Assembly (NCBI GenBank): GCA_023245335.1
Contig: JAHFKK010000001.1
Span: 363,282 to 427,281 of the forward strand
DNA: 64,000 bases
Reading direction: 5' to 3'
Source: Candidatus Gottesmanbacteria bacterium
GTDB lineage: Bacteria > Patescibacteriota > Microgenomatia > UBA10105 > UBA927
Shown here: one piece after another, positions 30,077 to 38,838 of the stretch
How positions within the stretch are numbered: position 1 is the stretch's first letter
How the letters are laid out: each line of letters starts with the position of its first letter
Notes under the pieces: generated by a model
Database searches by the model: none
What the model was told of the DNA's origin: nothing
What the model saw: only the letters and a program-made list of their open reading frames with translations
Position numbers and translations under genes: made by a program

Positions 30077-30980
30077 GCAGATATCGGTTTGCGACAAAGA
30101 CGCTGCTCACGATAATGATACCCCCGATCATTTCCGGCACCCCCACCATTTCGTGATACATAACATAGCCGAACAGAAGAGCAAATACATTGTCTAAAAG
30201 TAGTACCTGTGTGCCGATGACCGCATCCAGATGGTTGAAGGCAAAAATTTCCAAAGGATTTACCAGGATATTCATACCCGTGCCTATCACTAGACCGAGG
30301 AGGACGTGCGGATTGGTAAACGCGGAGACAGAGATAGTTTCACCTCGAAGTATTGCTATGAGAAATCCGGATATCGCCGCGATGGTCATGACGGAGATCG
30401 TAATTTCGTGTGTGTTGAGATGTGTGGAAAGAAGCTTACGGCCTACATAAAACCACGCCATCGTAGCGGTCGCAAGGAGCGCAAACCACTCGCCCTTTCC
30501 GAATACCGTAAGATGAGGAACGAACGACTTGGTTGCGACCATGGTGATGCCGATAAGGGACGTGATAAGAAGCGCGATCAGTTTTCCGTTCAGTGGTTTT
30601 TTGAGAACGAAAAATGCGTATAGATATGAAAAGAACGGCACAGAAGCAAATATGACGGTGACGTTGATAAGTTTCGCGTTGATTGCTGCAAGCGTGCTGA
30701 AATAAACAGCTATGGAATACCCGATGATTCCCATAGAAAGCAGTATGAGGAAATCGCGCGCCGGCATTGTAATAATTCGTTTCCAACGCAGGTGTTTCCG
30801 GAATAGAGCCATGAGTATGAGCGCTCCGAAGCTGATGCGTAGGTACACCTGGGTCATGGGTGGGAATCCTTCGGCAAGTAATCGAGATGAAACGTTTAGT
30901 AGACTATATGCGGCAGCGACAAGTACCAGGCCTGCGACGGCGAGACGATGTACAGAGTAACGGGAGAGTTGTTTGATCAT
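30063..30980 (-). CDS. EamA/DMT family transporter
   Basis: ~10 TMs; YHEMV..MIGG C-terminal motif. Confidence 0.9.
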   Translation of the reverse strand: MIKQLSRYSVHRLAVAGLVLVAAAYSLLNVSSRLLAEGFPPMTQVYLRISFGALILMALFRKHLRWKRIITMPARDFLILLSMGIIGYSIAVYFSTLAAINAKLINVTVIFASVPFFSYLYAFFVLKKPLNGKLIALLITSLIGITMVATKSFVPHLTVFGKGEWFALLATATMAWFYVGRKLLSTHLNTHEITISVMTIAAISGFLIAILRGETISVSAFTNPHVLLGLVIGTGMNILVNPLEIFAFNHLDAVIGTQVLLLDNVFALLFGYVMYHEMVGVPEMIGGIIIVSSVFVANRYLHEII

Positions 30981-31879
30981 TAGGAGTTGTCGCCTTTCAG
31001 GATAATGAGTATCGAAGAAATTATAACAAGTACGCCCCCAAATGTTGCATACATGCCCGGGATTTCCCGGAAAAAAAGAAATGCCAATAGTGTAGCAAAG
31101 AGAAGTTCGGAAAGAAGTAGGATGCTGCCTAAGGCCGACTTAATATATTGGAAGCCTTTGCTCATAAGGAGCCACGCGAGAAAGTTATCAATGCCGAAAA
31201 GGACCGTGACGAGCCAGGTATTCGGAGCTAGTGTTGTAATTCCGTTTCCTCCGGCATAAAAAGAATGTTCAAAAGACAATGAGAGCACTCCGAGCACAAG
31301 GACACCGACAAACGTACTGACGAGAAGTAATAGTTGGGAGCTATATTGTGGCAGCTTTTTGCGGCTTATAAGGTAAAACGACTGGCCAAAGGCAGACAGA
31401 AGTGCGGAAAATCCTCCGATCTTCCATGTCGCGAATGAATTCGGCCGGAAAAGCAGTAAGAGCGCAAGTAATGTGACGGCGAGAGCAATCAGGTTATATC
31501 TGTTCGCCTTTTCCTTCAGTATGAAATAACCCAGGATAGGCGTAATGATGGAAAAGCAATAAAAGATAAATAAACCGTTACTTACTTCAGTGTAGATGAT
31601 GCCGTACGTAAAAAAGAGATTCGTGAGTGCATACCCAAATACCGCAACGAGAACGAGAAATACAATAGTATTTTTGGAAAGTGCAAACTTGGACTTGGTG
31701 ATGATGAAGTAGACGAGAGCAGAAAGAAAGGCAAAAATATACCGGAGGAATACCTGTGACATCGGGGGAACATGGCCGCTCCCGAGGAAACGGATAAGAA
31801 TCGGCATAATGCTATAGAGAAGTGCCGATCCCAAGAGAAAAATAATACCTTTGGTGTTATCCCCGGATTTCCGAATCAT
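30980..31879 (-). CDS. EamA/DMT family transporter
   Basis: ~10 TMs; ILKEK, FFREIP..FGG. Confidence 0.9.
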   Translation of the reverse strand: MIRKSGDNTKGIIFLLGSALLYSIMPILIRFLGSGHVPPMSQVFLRYIFAFLSALVYFIITKSKFALSKNTIVFLVLVAVFGYALTNLFFTYGIIYTEVSNGLFIFYCFSIITPILGYFILKEKANRYNLIALAVTLLALLLLFRPNSFATWKIGGFSALLSAFGQSFYLISRKKLPQYSSQLLLLVSTFVGVLVLGVLSLSFEHSFYAGGNGITTLAPNTWLVTVLFGIDNFLAWLLMSKGFQYIKSALGSILLLSELLFATLLAFLFFREIPGMYATFGGVLVIISSILIILKGDNS

Positions 31880-31929
31880 TCCAGGTTAATGATATCACTC
31901 AAAGCGTTGGATAGCTACGAAAGGCAGAT

Positions 31930-32463
31930 TCAAATGTACGGGAGGAGCTGGGGGATTTTGGCGTAGCCGGAACTCTCGGTGAAGTGCCCGGCGCCTTTGA
32001 CGAATATATAGGTAGCACCGAATCGTTTGCTCATGGCTTCCATGGTAAACGCCGTCATATACGGGTCGTTATCCGAGGACGTGACGTAGATATCCTTCAC
32101 ATTCTTTCTAATAGCATTATGATTCATTTTTGTTTTCCAAAATGACTGATGCTCGACCGTGAGATCATCAAAATCCCATCCGGAGACGAGAAATAGTTTC
32201 CTGAACTTATGTTTTTCCGCAAGCCGCATGGCGAGAAGCGATCCCAGGCTATGCCCAAAGACAATAAAGTCGTCGGCAAGCGGTACCGTTTTTTCTATGA
32301 AGTCCATTTGTGATTTGAGGTCCGGGGCATCCGTTTCCATGGTTGGGATTTCCGGGAGATAGACGGTATATCCTTTTGTCTCAAGCTCTTTTTTCAGCCA
32401 CGGGGACCAATGTTTATCCGGCCCGTTGTGCCAAGCGTGGAGGATAAGTGCGGATTTTGTCAT
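31930..32463 (-). CDS. Alpha/beta hydrolase, RBBP9/YdeN family
   Basis: HWSPWLKKEL, GHSLG nucleophile, SDNDPY, GAGHF. Confidence 0.9.
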   Translation of the reverse strand: MTKSALILHAWHNGPDKHWSPWLKKELETKGYTVYLPEIPTMETDAPDLKSQMDFIEKTVPLADDFIVFGHSLGSLLAMRLAEKHKFRKLFLVSGWDFDDLTVEHQSFWKTKMNHNAIRKNVKDIYVTSSDNDPYMTAFTMEAMSKRFGATYIFVKGAGHFTESSGYAKIPQLLPYI

Positions 32464-32548
32464 GGTTAGATTATAGTGGATCCTTGCAAGTAGAAAACAA
32501 CGGCGTTTTTGATTTGACCAGTTTTGAGCGTTATAATAGGCCGCGACT

Positions 32549-33193
32549 ATGAAGTTAGCTGAAATCGATGACATACCGATAGGCTTAGTCGATATAGCGG
32601 AGCACTATATTAGCGCTCCGGAATTGCGTGACTCGTTTCGATATGCCCGACGCCATATGCCGGTGTTTCGGAGAGAGCTCGGTGAGCTGGATCAAATTGT
32701 ATCTGCCATTAATACCACTGATGTGGCTCGCCTTCCTCAGGACATGGTGAACACACGACGGTTGAAAGGATATCTGAAAGCCACGAATAAACAGCTCCCC
32801 TTAATGCTCAACGAGGCGACCCAACGGGATCGTTTTCTTCAGAGTCGATATGCAAGAATGTTGCAAGAAGGAGACAAGTTGCTTGGCCCGTTTTTCCATT
32901 TCCATACGAATATCCATGCAGACGGGCGGCGGCTGTCGGCGGCAGTCATGGACGGTTACGGATTGTTTGTTCCGTTTATTTTGGGGAGAACAGGAGACTT
33001 ACTTAAGGAAACTCAAGGACTTGCCGTCAATGCATTATGTGAGGTATTAGCCGAATCGCAGGCAAAAAATATTCGACCATCACGGTTATTTACGAATACA
33101 AAGAGAAACGGTTGGTACAAGCCTGATTATGGGTTGCGTAGTGATTTCCTTGCAAGACACAACCTACTGAGCGAGTCCGGCGCATCAACGTAA
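32549..33193 (+). CDS. Hypothetical helical protein
   Basis: 214-aa ORF divergent from the hydrolase; TATAAT shortly upstream. Confidence 0.65.
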   Translation: MKLAEIDDIPIGLVDIAEHYISAPELRDSFRYARRHMPVFRRELGELDQIVSAINTTDVARLPQDMVNTRRLKGYLKATNKQLPLMLNEATQRDRFLQSRYARMLQEGDKLLGPFFHFHTNIHADGRRLSAAVMDGYGLFVPFILGRTGDLLKETQGLAVNALCEVLAESQAKNIRPSRLFTNTKRNGWYKPDYGLRSDFLARHNLLSESGAST

Positions 33194-33291
33194 GAAGCGA
33201 ATATAGTTAATACTCAAGGCAGTCTTGTCGCGGTAAATCTTGCCCGCGGATGTGATGGGTGAGAAGCAGTCGGTGATCCTATAAATACCAT

Positions 33292-33519
33292 TCATTTTCC
33301 ATTTAGACGACACCGTTCTTTTTTAACGTTCTTGCCTGTGCTTAGATGAGTCAGACGATTGTAATGTGGTAGCCCATCTATACTAATAGAGAAATTGTAG
33401 GCTGTGTCTTGATCGGCAAAGACTAGGATAGTTGTTGGTTCTGACGGCGATCCTAGCATGCGGTCGACTTTTTGAAGTCCTTCCGTGTCCCATTCCAGTC
33501 CTTCTAAGTGGATAAACAT
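33292..33519 (-). CDS. Hypothetical protein
   Basis: 75-aa ORF 6 nt downstream of cutA on the same strand. Confidence 0.45.
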   Translation of the reverse strand: MFIHLEGLEWDTEGLQKVDRMLGSPSEPTTILVFADQDTAYNFSISIDGLPHYNRLTHLSTGKNVKKERCRLNGK

Positions 33520-33525
33520 AAGTAG

Positions 33526-33852
33526 TTATTTTAGTTCACCGATGATCCAATCCAGATATTTTTTACTGGCGTGTGACACAGGGAAAGCGAGGATCTCGGG
33601 ATTTTTGTACCCATGCATCTTTATGACGGCCTTTTCCATCTCACGCCATTTGGATTCGAGAGTTTTGACCAGAAGCAATGTCTCATCGGCATAATCTACG
33701 GTGGATTTGCCGGGCGGCCATAGATAGGAAGACTGCACTCCATCCAGTATCTGCATGCAGGCAATGAGACGGTGTTTGAGTAAATGAATGCCGATACTGT
33801 CAGCTTCATTTTTGTCACGGCAGGATATAAAACCCAAAAGCATGGTGGTCAT
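33526..33852 (-). CDS. cutA: Divalent-cation tolerance protein CutA
   Basis: LLKHRLIAC..SSYLW..E.LLLVKT..HGYKNPEI..YLDWI. Confidence 0.9.
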   Translation of the reverse strand: MTTMLLGFISCRDKNEADSIGIHLLKHRLIACMQILDGVQSSYLWPPGKSTVDYADETLLLVKTLESKWREMEKAVIKMHGYKNPEILAFPVSHASKKYLDWIIGELK

Positions 33853-33857
33853 ACCGT

Positions 33858-34712
33858 TTACCCCACAAATCCTAACGCAACTATACCCGTTAATGCAACT
33901 ATGATGCCGATGAGCTGACGTTTGGTGAGTTTTTCATGAAAGATAAGGAAAGCTAAAAGCACAGAAAGTGTAGGAGAAGCGCTACCGATTGGCGCAACAA
34001 TGGCAGCAAGCCCATGTTGTAAGCCGACATTAAAGAAAAAGTCACCACCGCGCAGAAGCAGCAGGCTGGCAAGAATCGGAATGCGGGCTTTGGAAAGTGC
34101 ATTTGTAGAAATGCGGATATGCATCCGTCGGAACCATAGGTAAAAAAGGGGTAGCCAGAAAAACGAAAGGTATACCGGCCAGAACCAGCTTAACGTCGGG
34201 GTAAATAGTTTGACTACCGTAAAGAATAGGCCAAAGCTGAAAGCAGAATACAGCGCAAGCCACACGCCCCGCATATGATTTCGGTCTACGTGTGCACCGG
34301 GTTTGTACGTGCAGAGAAACACACCCAAGAAGATGCCGGCGATGATTATAAACTTAGAGAGATTCAGCGGTTCATGAAAAAAGAGCGTTGAGAAAAGGAC
34401 GATGAGTGCGCCGAACGACCCCATGATGGTAAGCACAATGGAGACGTCACTTTCTACCAAGGCCAGACTGACGGCAAAATTTCCGGACTGGTAAAGAAAA
34501 CCGACCAGAATCGCTGCGGCGATCACTATGAGCGGCGCCGAGATCAGCATGTGCCAGTAGAGGAAGGCGAGCGGGGTAAACAGGAGTGCAGCGCCGGTCA
34601 TTATCCAAAATGTCGTTTGATATCCGCCTATTTTTCTGGCAGTGATGGCGCCGAAAATATCGCCGATGCCCCAGCCGAAATACGAAATAAGCCCAAAAAT
34701 ATACGCCAGCAT
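33858..34712 (-). CDS. EamA/DMT family transporter
   Basis: ~10 TMs; GWGIGDIFG, IFHEKLTKRQLIGI. Confidence 0.9.
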   Translation of the reverse strand: MLAYIFGLISYFGWGIGDIFGAITARKIGGYQTTFWIMTGAALLFTPLAFLYWHMLISAPLIVIAAAILVGFLYQSGNFAVSLALVESDVSIVLTIMGSFGALIVLFSTLFFHEPLNLSKFIIIAGIFLGVFLCTYKPGAHVDRNHMRGVWLALYSAFSFGLFFTVVKLFTPTLSWFWPVYLSFFWLPLFYLWFRRMHIRISTNALSKARIPILASLLLLRGGDFFFNVGLQHGLAAIVAPIGSASPTLSVLLAFLIFHEKLTKRQLIGIIVALTGIVALGFVG

Positions 34713-34724
34713 AGTAGGCTCAAA

Positions 34725-35696
34725 TTATAATATTTTTTTGACTGCGGCGTATGCGCGCAGTCCGTCCCACCCCCGGTCCAGCCAGGTCTGCGTCTGTTTG
34801 GTCATGTCGTGTTCGATGCGCATGTGATACGACATACCGATAGCATAGGCGGCAAATTGGCTGCGGATGAGCGTCGGGAGCGCCGCAATTTCATCTTTGG
34901 TAAGCGGTCGTTTTTCCTCATACGTATCTAAAATAGTTCGGATGATGGCGCTTCGTTTTGTCGTGTCGACGTAGAGAGTGAAGTTTGCGATAAATGTCGC
35001 GATATCGAGGATCGAGGCCTGATAATCCATGCAGCCAAAATCAAGTATGCATATCTCTCCGGTGGCGCTTTTTAGTATATTTTCTTTTTCGAACGTCCCA
35101 TGGATGATACTCCGGGGAAATAGAGAAAGGTTTATTTTACCTAGTTTCGTTACGACCGGTGTGATGGCAGTAAGTTCATCGGAATTCAGTGCGGATTTTT
35201 TCGTTTTAAACTCTTCCGGCAGATTTATGATGCCGAGTGAATCGTAGTAGGGATGAATGACGCCCTGAATGCGATGGATGGCCGACATTGTCCGGGTTAA
35301 GGTCACAAGATCCGTATCCGTGACCGGAGTACGCGTAAACGGTTTACCGGGAAAATACTCAAAGACGCAAAGATATATCGGGTGTGTTTTCCCTGGGATG
35401 TCGATGAGTTTTCGTTTGTCCGCCGTCTCAAGGAGCCCTGGAACCGGAAGACGGAGTTTAGCCGATGCGGTATGCGCCCGGATCACGTCGTCTATGCGCT
35501 GTTTGGATCTGTCTGCGGCAAATATTTTGACGACATATTTACCGTTTGTTGTCGTGAGCTCGACATTATAGTCCTGATAGCCCGTGGTGATGGGTACGAA
35601 GGAGACAACAGTACCAAGGGCAAATAATTGCGCCGTGTGTTCGAGTATACTCGGCAAGGTACGCGTGCTGCCGACACGACTGAAGGAGTCGTCCAT
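34725..35696 (-). CDS. APH/homoserine-kinase-type-II family phosphotransferase with an altered catalytic loop
   Basis: GYQDYN..YVVKIF, IIHGTFEKENIL, ILDFG. Confidence 0.8.
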   Translation of the reverse strand: MDDSFSRVGSTRTLPSILEHTAQLFALGTVVSFVPITTGYQDYNVELTTTNGKYVVKIFAADRSKQRIDDVIRAHTASAKLRLPVPGLLETADKRKLIDIPGKTHPIYLCVFEYFPGKPFTRTPVTDTDLVTLTRTMSAIHRIQGVIHPYYDSLGIINLPEEFKTKKSALNSDELTAITPVVTKLGKINLSLFPRSIIHGTFEKENILKSATGEICILDFGCMDYQASILDIATFIANFTLYVDTTKRSAIIRTILDTYEEKRPLTKDEIAALPTLIRSQFAAYAIGMSYHMRIEHDMTKQTQTWLDRGWDGLRAYAAVKKIL

Positions 35697-35702
35697 AATG
35701 AT

Positions 35703-36044
35703 TTATTTCACCATGTGGTGTTGTTTAGCTTTCCAGGCAGGGGTGGTCGCGATAAAAAGAGCCATGTGTCCTTCCCAGTAAAATTTTTCTTTGGGCCTGA
35801 GGAAGATGCAGTCACCGATGACGATGGGAATTTTTTTCCCCGTGACACCGATAAACCCGTCGCCGCTTATCACCAATGCCAATTCTTTGGATATCATGTT
35901 CATCGCATAGCCTTTGACCGGATAGCGGCCGGAGATAATCGCGGTGGCGCCGCTTAGACCCCGCTCCCGCATGACATATTCTTCTACCGTTGTCGTCGGA
36001 GCTGTCTCTACCCAATGGGTTTGCTTTTGTTTAACGATCTGCAT
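35703..36044 (-). CDS. Cupin-fold protein
   Basis: ELALVISGDG..GDCIFLRP.EKFYW cupin motifs. Confidence 0.75.
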   Translation of the reverse strand: MQIVKQKQTHWVETAPTTTVEEYVMRERGLSGATAIISGRYPVKGYAMNMISKELALVISGDGFIGVTGKKIPIVIGDCIFLRPKEKFYWEGHMALFIATTPAWKAKQHHMVK

Positions 36045-36074
36045 GGGTTATGAAGCCTATTGTACTCCTCCCGA

Positions 36075-36851
36075 TCATCTTCTGTCGAAGAAGGAGTGAA
36101 GCATGAGGGCAACGATGATGGTAACGCCGCTTATAACCACTATGCTGACCATCTGCATGATTTTTGCACTGGTCCACCATGCAGGCTTAGGAGTTGGTGT
36201 CGGGGTGATGATTGCCGGCATAAGCGTCGGCGACGGAAGGGGTGCGAGTGTCGGGAATGCGCCGGTATAAATCATCGGTGTTTCATTGACGATTATTTCC
36301 TGCGTCGGTGCGGGTGTGCGGATGGGTGTCGGCGTAAGAGCGTTGTCGTTCACCACAACCGTATATGTGCAGTAGGATGGGTAACTGGACCAGCTGTTAT
36401 TGTTGTCACGAACGTGGCAGGTGACGTTATATGATCCGGGGTTGGCATAGGCGTGCGTGATCGAGAACGCGCCGTATTGCCCGACGTTTTTTTCTACGAG
36501 CTGCTTCTGGTCTCCGCCGAATCCGAACTCTGCTGCCGTTATGTCATTATTCGAGTCGTAGCCGGCACACGCGAAGTTGACGGTCAGCGGTTTGACTCCT
36601 GCACCGGGGTTTGCTGAGAGCCCGAGACATCTGGGAGGGCTATTGGTCGGAGTAGGCGTGAGGGTCGGGGTGACGGTGGGCGTAAGCGTCTCAGACGGTG
36701 TGGCGGTGGGGGTAAGATTTATGGTTGGTGTCGCGTTGGTGTCTGTCGCCCTGCTTCTCACGTCCTGGGGTTGCGTCACGATGGCCCAGATGATAAGCGG
36801 AAATATGATAAGCGCGATAAGCAGCAATAATTTCGCAGCGGATGATTTCAT
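36075..36851 (-). CDS. PKD-domain membrane protein with Pro/Thr linkers and N- and C-terminal TMs
   Basis: PLTVNF..FGFG..THAYANPGSYNVT; PT repeats. Confidence 0.8.
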   Translation of the reverse strand: MKSSAAKLLLLIALIIFPLIIWAIVTQPQDVRSRATDTNATPTINLTPTATPSETLTPTVTPTLTPTPTNSPPRCLGLSANPGAGVKPLTVNFACAGYDSNNDITAAEFGFGGDQKQLVEKNVGQYGAFSITHAYANPGSYNVTCHVRDNNNSWSSYPSYCTYTVVVNDNALTPTPIRTPAPTQEIIVNETPMIYTGAFPTLAPLPSPTLMPAIITPTPTPKPAWWTSAKIMQMVSIVVISGVTIIVALMLHSFFDRR

Positions 36852-36925
36852 GGATCGTTTTCAGTATACGGGTGTTCTTTCTAGAGGTCAATGGAAGAGG
36901 CCATAATCGTGATATAATTCACCAT

Positions 36926-38803
36926 ATGCAATCAGATGACGTCAGAAATAAATTTATACAATATTATAAAGCCCGTAAGCATGTCGCGATTCCTTCGGCC
37001 TCCCTGGTTCCGGAAAACGACCCGACGACGCTTTTTACTTCCTCGGGGATGCAGCCTCTTATCCCGTACCTTCTAGGCCAGACGCACCCGTCCGGGAAAC
37101 GGTTGGTCGACAGCCAGAAGTCATTCCGTTCGCAGGATATAGATGAAGTAGGTGATAACCGGCATACGACGTTTTTCGAAATGCTGGGCAACTGGTCGCT
37201 CGGCGATTATTTCAAAAAAGAACAATTACCCTGGATATTTGAGTTTCTTACGAAAGAGTTGAAGCTCGATCCCAAGCGTCTCTACGTATCTGTTTTTGAA
37301 GGAGAAGGGGCTGTTCCCAAAGATGAGGAGTCGATACATATATGGAAAAAAATATTCAAAGAAGTCGGAATTGATGCGAAAGAAGGCCTGTCCTTAAATG
37401 AGGGCGGTCGGATATTCGCATATCCTGCCAAAAAGAACTGGTGGAGTAGATCCGGCGAACCGAAAAACATGCCGCCGGGGGAGCCTGGCGGACCTGACAG
37501 TGAAGTATTTTTTGATTTCGGAGCCAAGGGACTTCATGAAAAATCACCGTGGAAAAACGAACCATGCCACCCCAACTGCGACTGCGGCAGATTTATGGAG
37601 ATTGCCAATTCCGTGTTTATGCAATACCAAAAGATGCCGGACGGGAATCTCAAAGAATTGGCGCAGAAAAATGTGGATTTCGGCGGAGGACTCGAGCGGA
37701 TGACTGCTGCGGCAAACGACAATCCCGATGTGTTCATGTCCGATCTCTTTTCCCCGCTTATCCAGGTACTCGAAGAGGCATCCGGTCGTGTATATGGGGA
37801 GGAGCCGGTACCGACGCGCGTCATGCGCGTCCTTTCCGATCATATAAAAGCCGCAATCATGATGATGGTCGATGGAGTCCTGCCGTCCAATAAAGGACAG
37901 GGATATATCCTCCGCAGGCTTATCCGGAGGTCGCTTCTCTATGGATGGAAGCTGGGACTCATCAAGGATCTCACCTATATCGGCAGGCTCGCTTCACCGG
38001 TAGCGAAAATATACGCCGGAAGCTATCCGGAAGTGACGGAAAAAATTGATGAAATCCGGTTACTCCTCCAGGAGGAGGCGCTCCGGTTTGGCAAGACGCT
38101 CGAGCGGGGCCTTGCCGAAATAGAAAAGTTTCCGGCGTTAAACGGCAAGATCGCTTTCAACCTCTATGAAACGTTCGGATTCCCATGGGAAATGACCGTT
38201 GAGATCGCCTCGGAAAAAGGGCAGACCGTCGACCGTGCACAGTTTGAGGAAGAATTTAACAAACATAAAACGCTTTCGAGAACAGCCGCTGCCGGCATGT
38301 TTAAAGGCGGACTTGCGGATCACGGGGAAGAAACGACCAAGCTGCATACCGCACACCACCTGTTACTCGCGAGTCTGCAGAAGCTCGTCGACCCGAGCAT
38401 CAAACAACGCGGAAGTAATATCACGGCCGAACGCTTACGCATAGACTTCAACTTCATGCGCAAGCTGACGCCCGAGGAACTCACAAAAGTCGAAGTGATG
38501 GTGAACGAAAAAATTAAGGAAAATCTTAAAGTCACGCGTATCGAGATGGCGCGGGGTGTCGCCGAGACCATGGGCGCGCAACGCGAATTCGGCCAGAAAT
38601 ATCCGGATCGGGTCGGCGTCTATTTCGTCAATCTCAAAGAAGGTGTGGATCCCGAACGGGCGACACCCGCGGACTATTTTTCCGCGGAATTTTGCGGCGG
38701 GCCGCACGTCAGCTTTACAGGAACATTAGGCCACTTTACAATACGGAAAGAGGAGTCTGCCGGTGCCGGTATCCGGCGAATTTACGGACTACTCTCAAAG
38801 TAA
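36926..38803 (+). CDS. alaS: Alanine-tRNA ligase without the C-Ala domain
   Basis: DPTTLFTSSGMQP, HTTFFEMLGNWS, HTAHHLL and EFCGGPHV editing motifs; ends at GIRRI. Confidence 0.97.
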   Translation: MQSDDVRNKFIQYYKARKHVAIPSASLVPENDPTTLFTSSGMQPLIPYLLGQTHPSGKRLVDSQKSFRSQDIDEVGDNRHTTFFEMLGNWSLGDYFKKEQLPWIFEFLTKELKLDPKRLYVSVFEGEGAVPKDEESIHIWKKIFKEVGIDAKEGLSLNEGGRIFAYPAKKNWWSRSGEPKNMPPGEPGGPDSEVFFDFGAKGLHEKSPWKNEPCHPNCDCGRFMEIANSVFMQYQKMPDGNLKELAQKNVDFGGGLERMTAAANDNPDVFMSDLFSPLIQVLEEASGRVYGEEPVPTRVMRVLSDHIKAAIMMMVDGVLPSNKGQGYILRRLIRRSLLYGWKLGLIKDLTYIGRLASPVAKIYAGSYPEVTEKIDEIRLLLQEEALRFGKTLERGLAEIEKFPALNGKIAFNLYETFGFPWEMTVEIASEKGQTVDRAQFEEEFNKHKTLSRTAAAGMFKGGLADHGEETTKLHTAHHLLLASLQKLVDPSIKQRGSNITAERLRIDFNFMRKLTPEELTKVEVMVNEKIKENLKVTRIEMARGVAETMGAQREFGQKYPDRVGVYFVNLKEGVDPERATPADYFSAEFCGGPHVSFTGTLGHFTIRKEESAGAGIRRIYGLLSK

Positions 38804-38838
38804 AAAAGTTTTGTACACGAACTGCCCTCTAATCTGAC

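Noticed and set aside
36908-36923. CRP-like site CGTGA-TATAAT-TCACC before alaS
   Set aside because: Its centre is the -10 box, so it is most simply promoter sequence.
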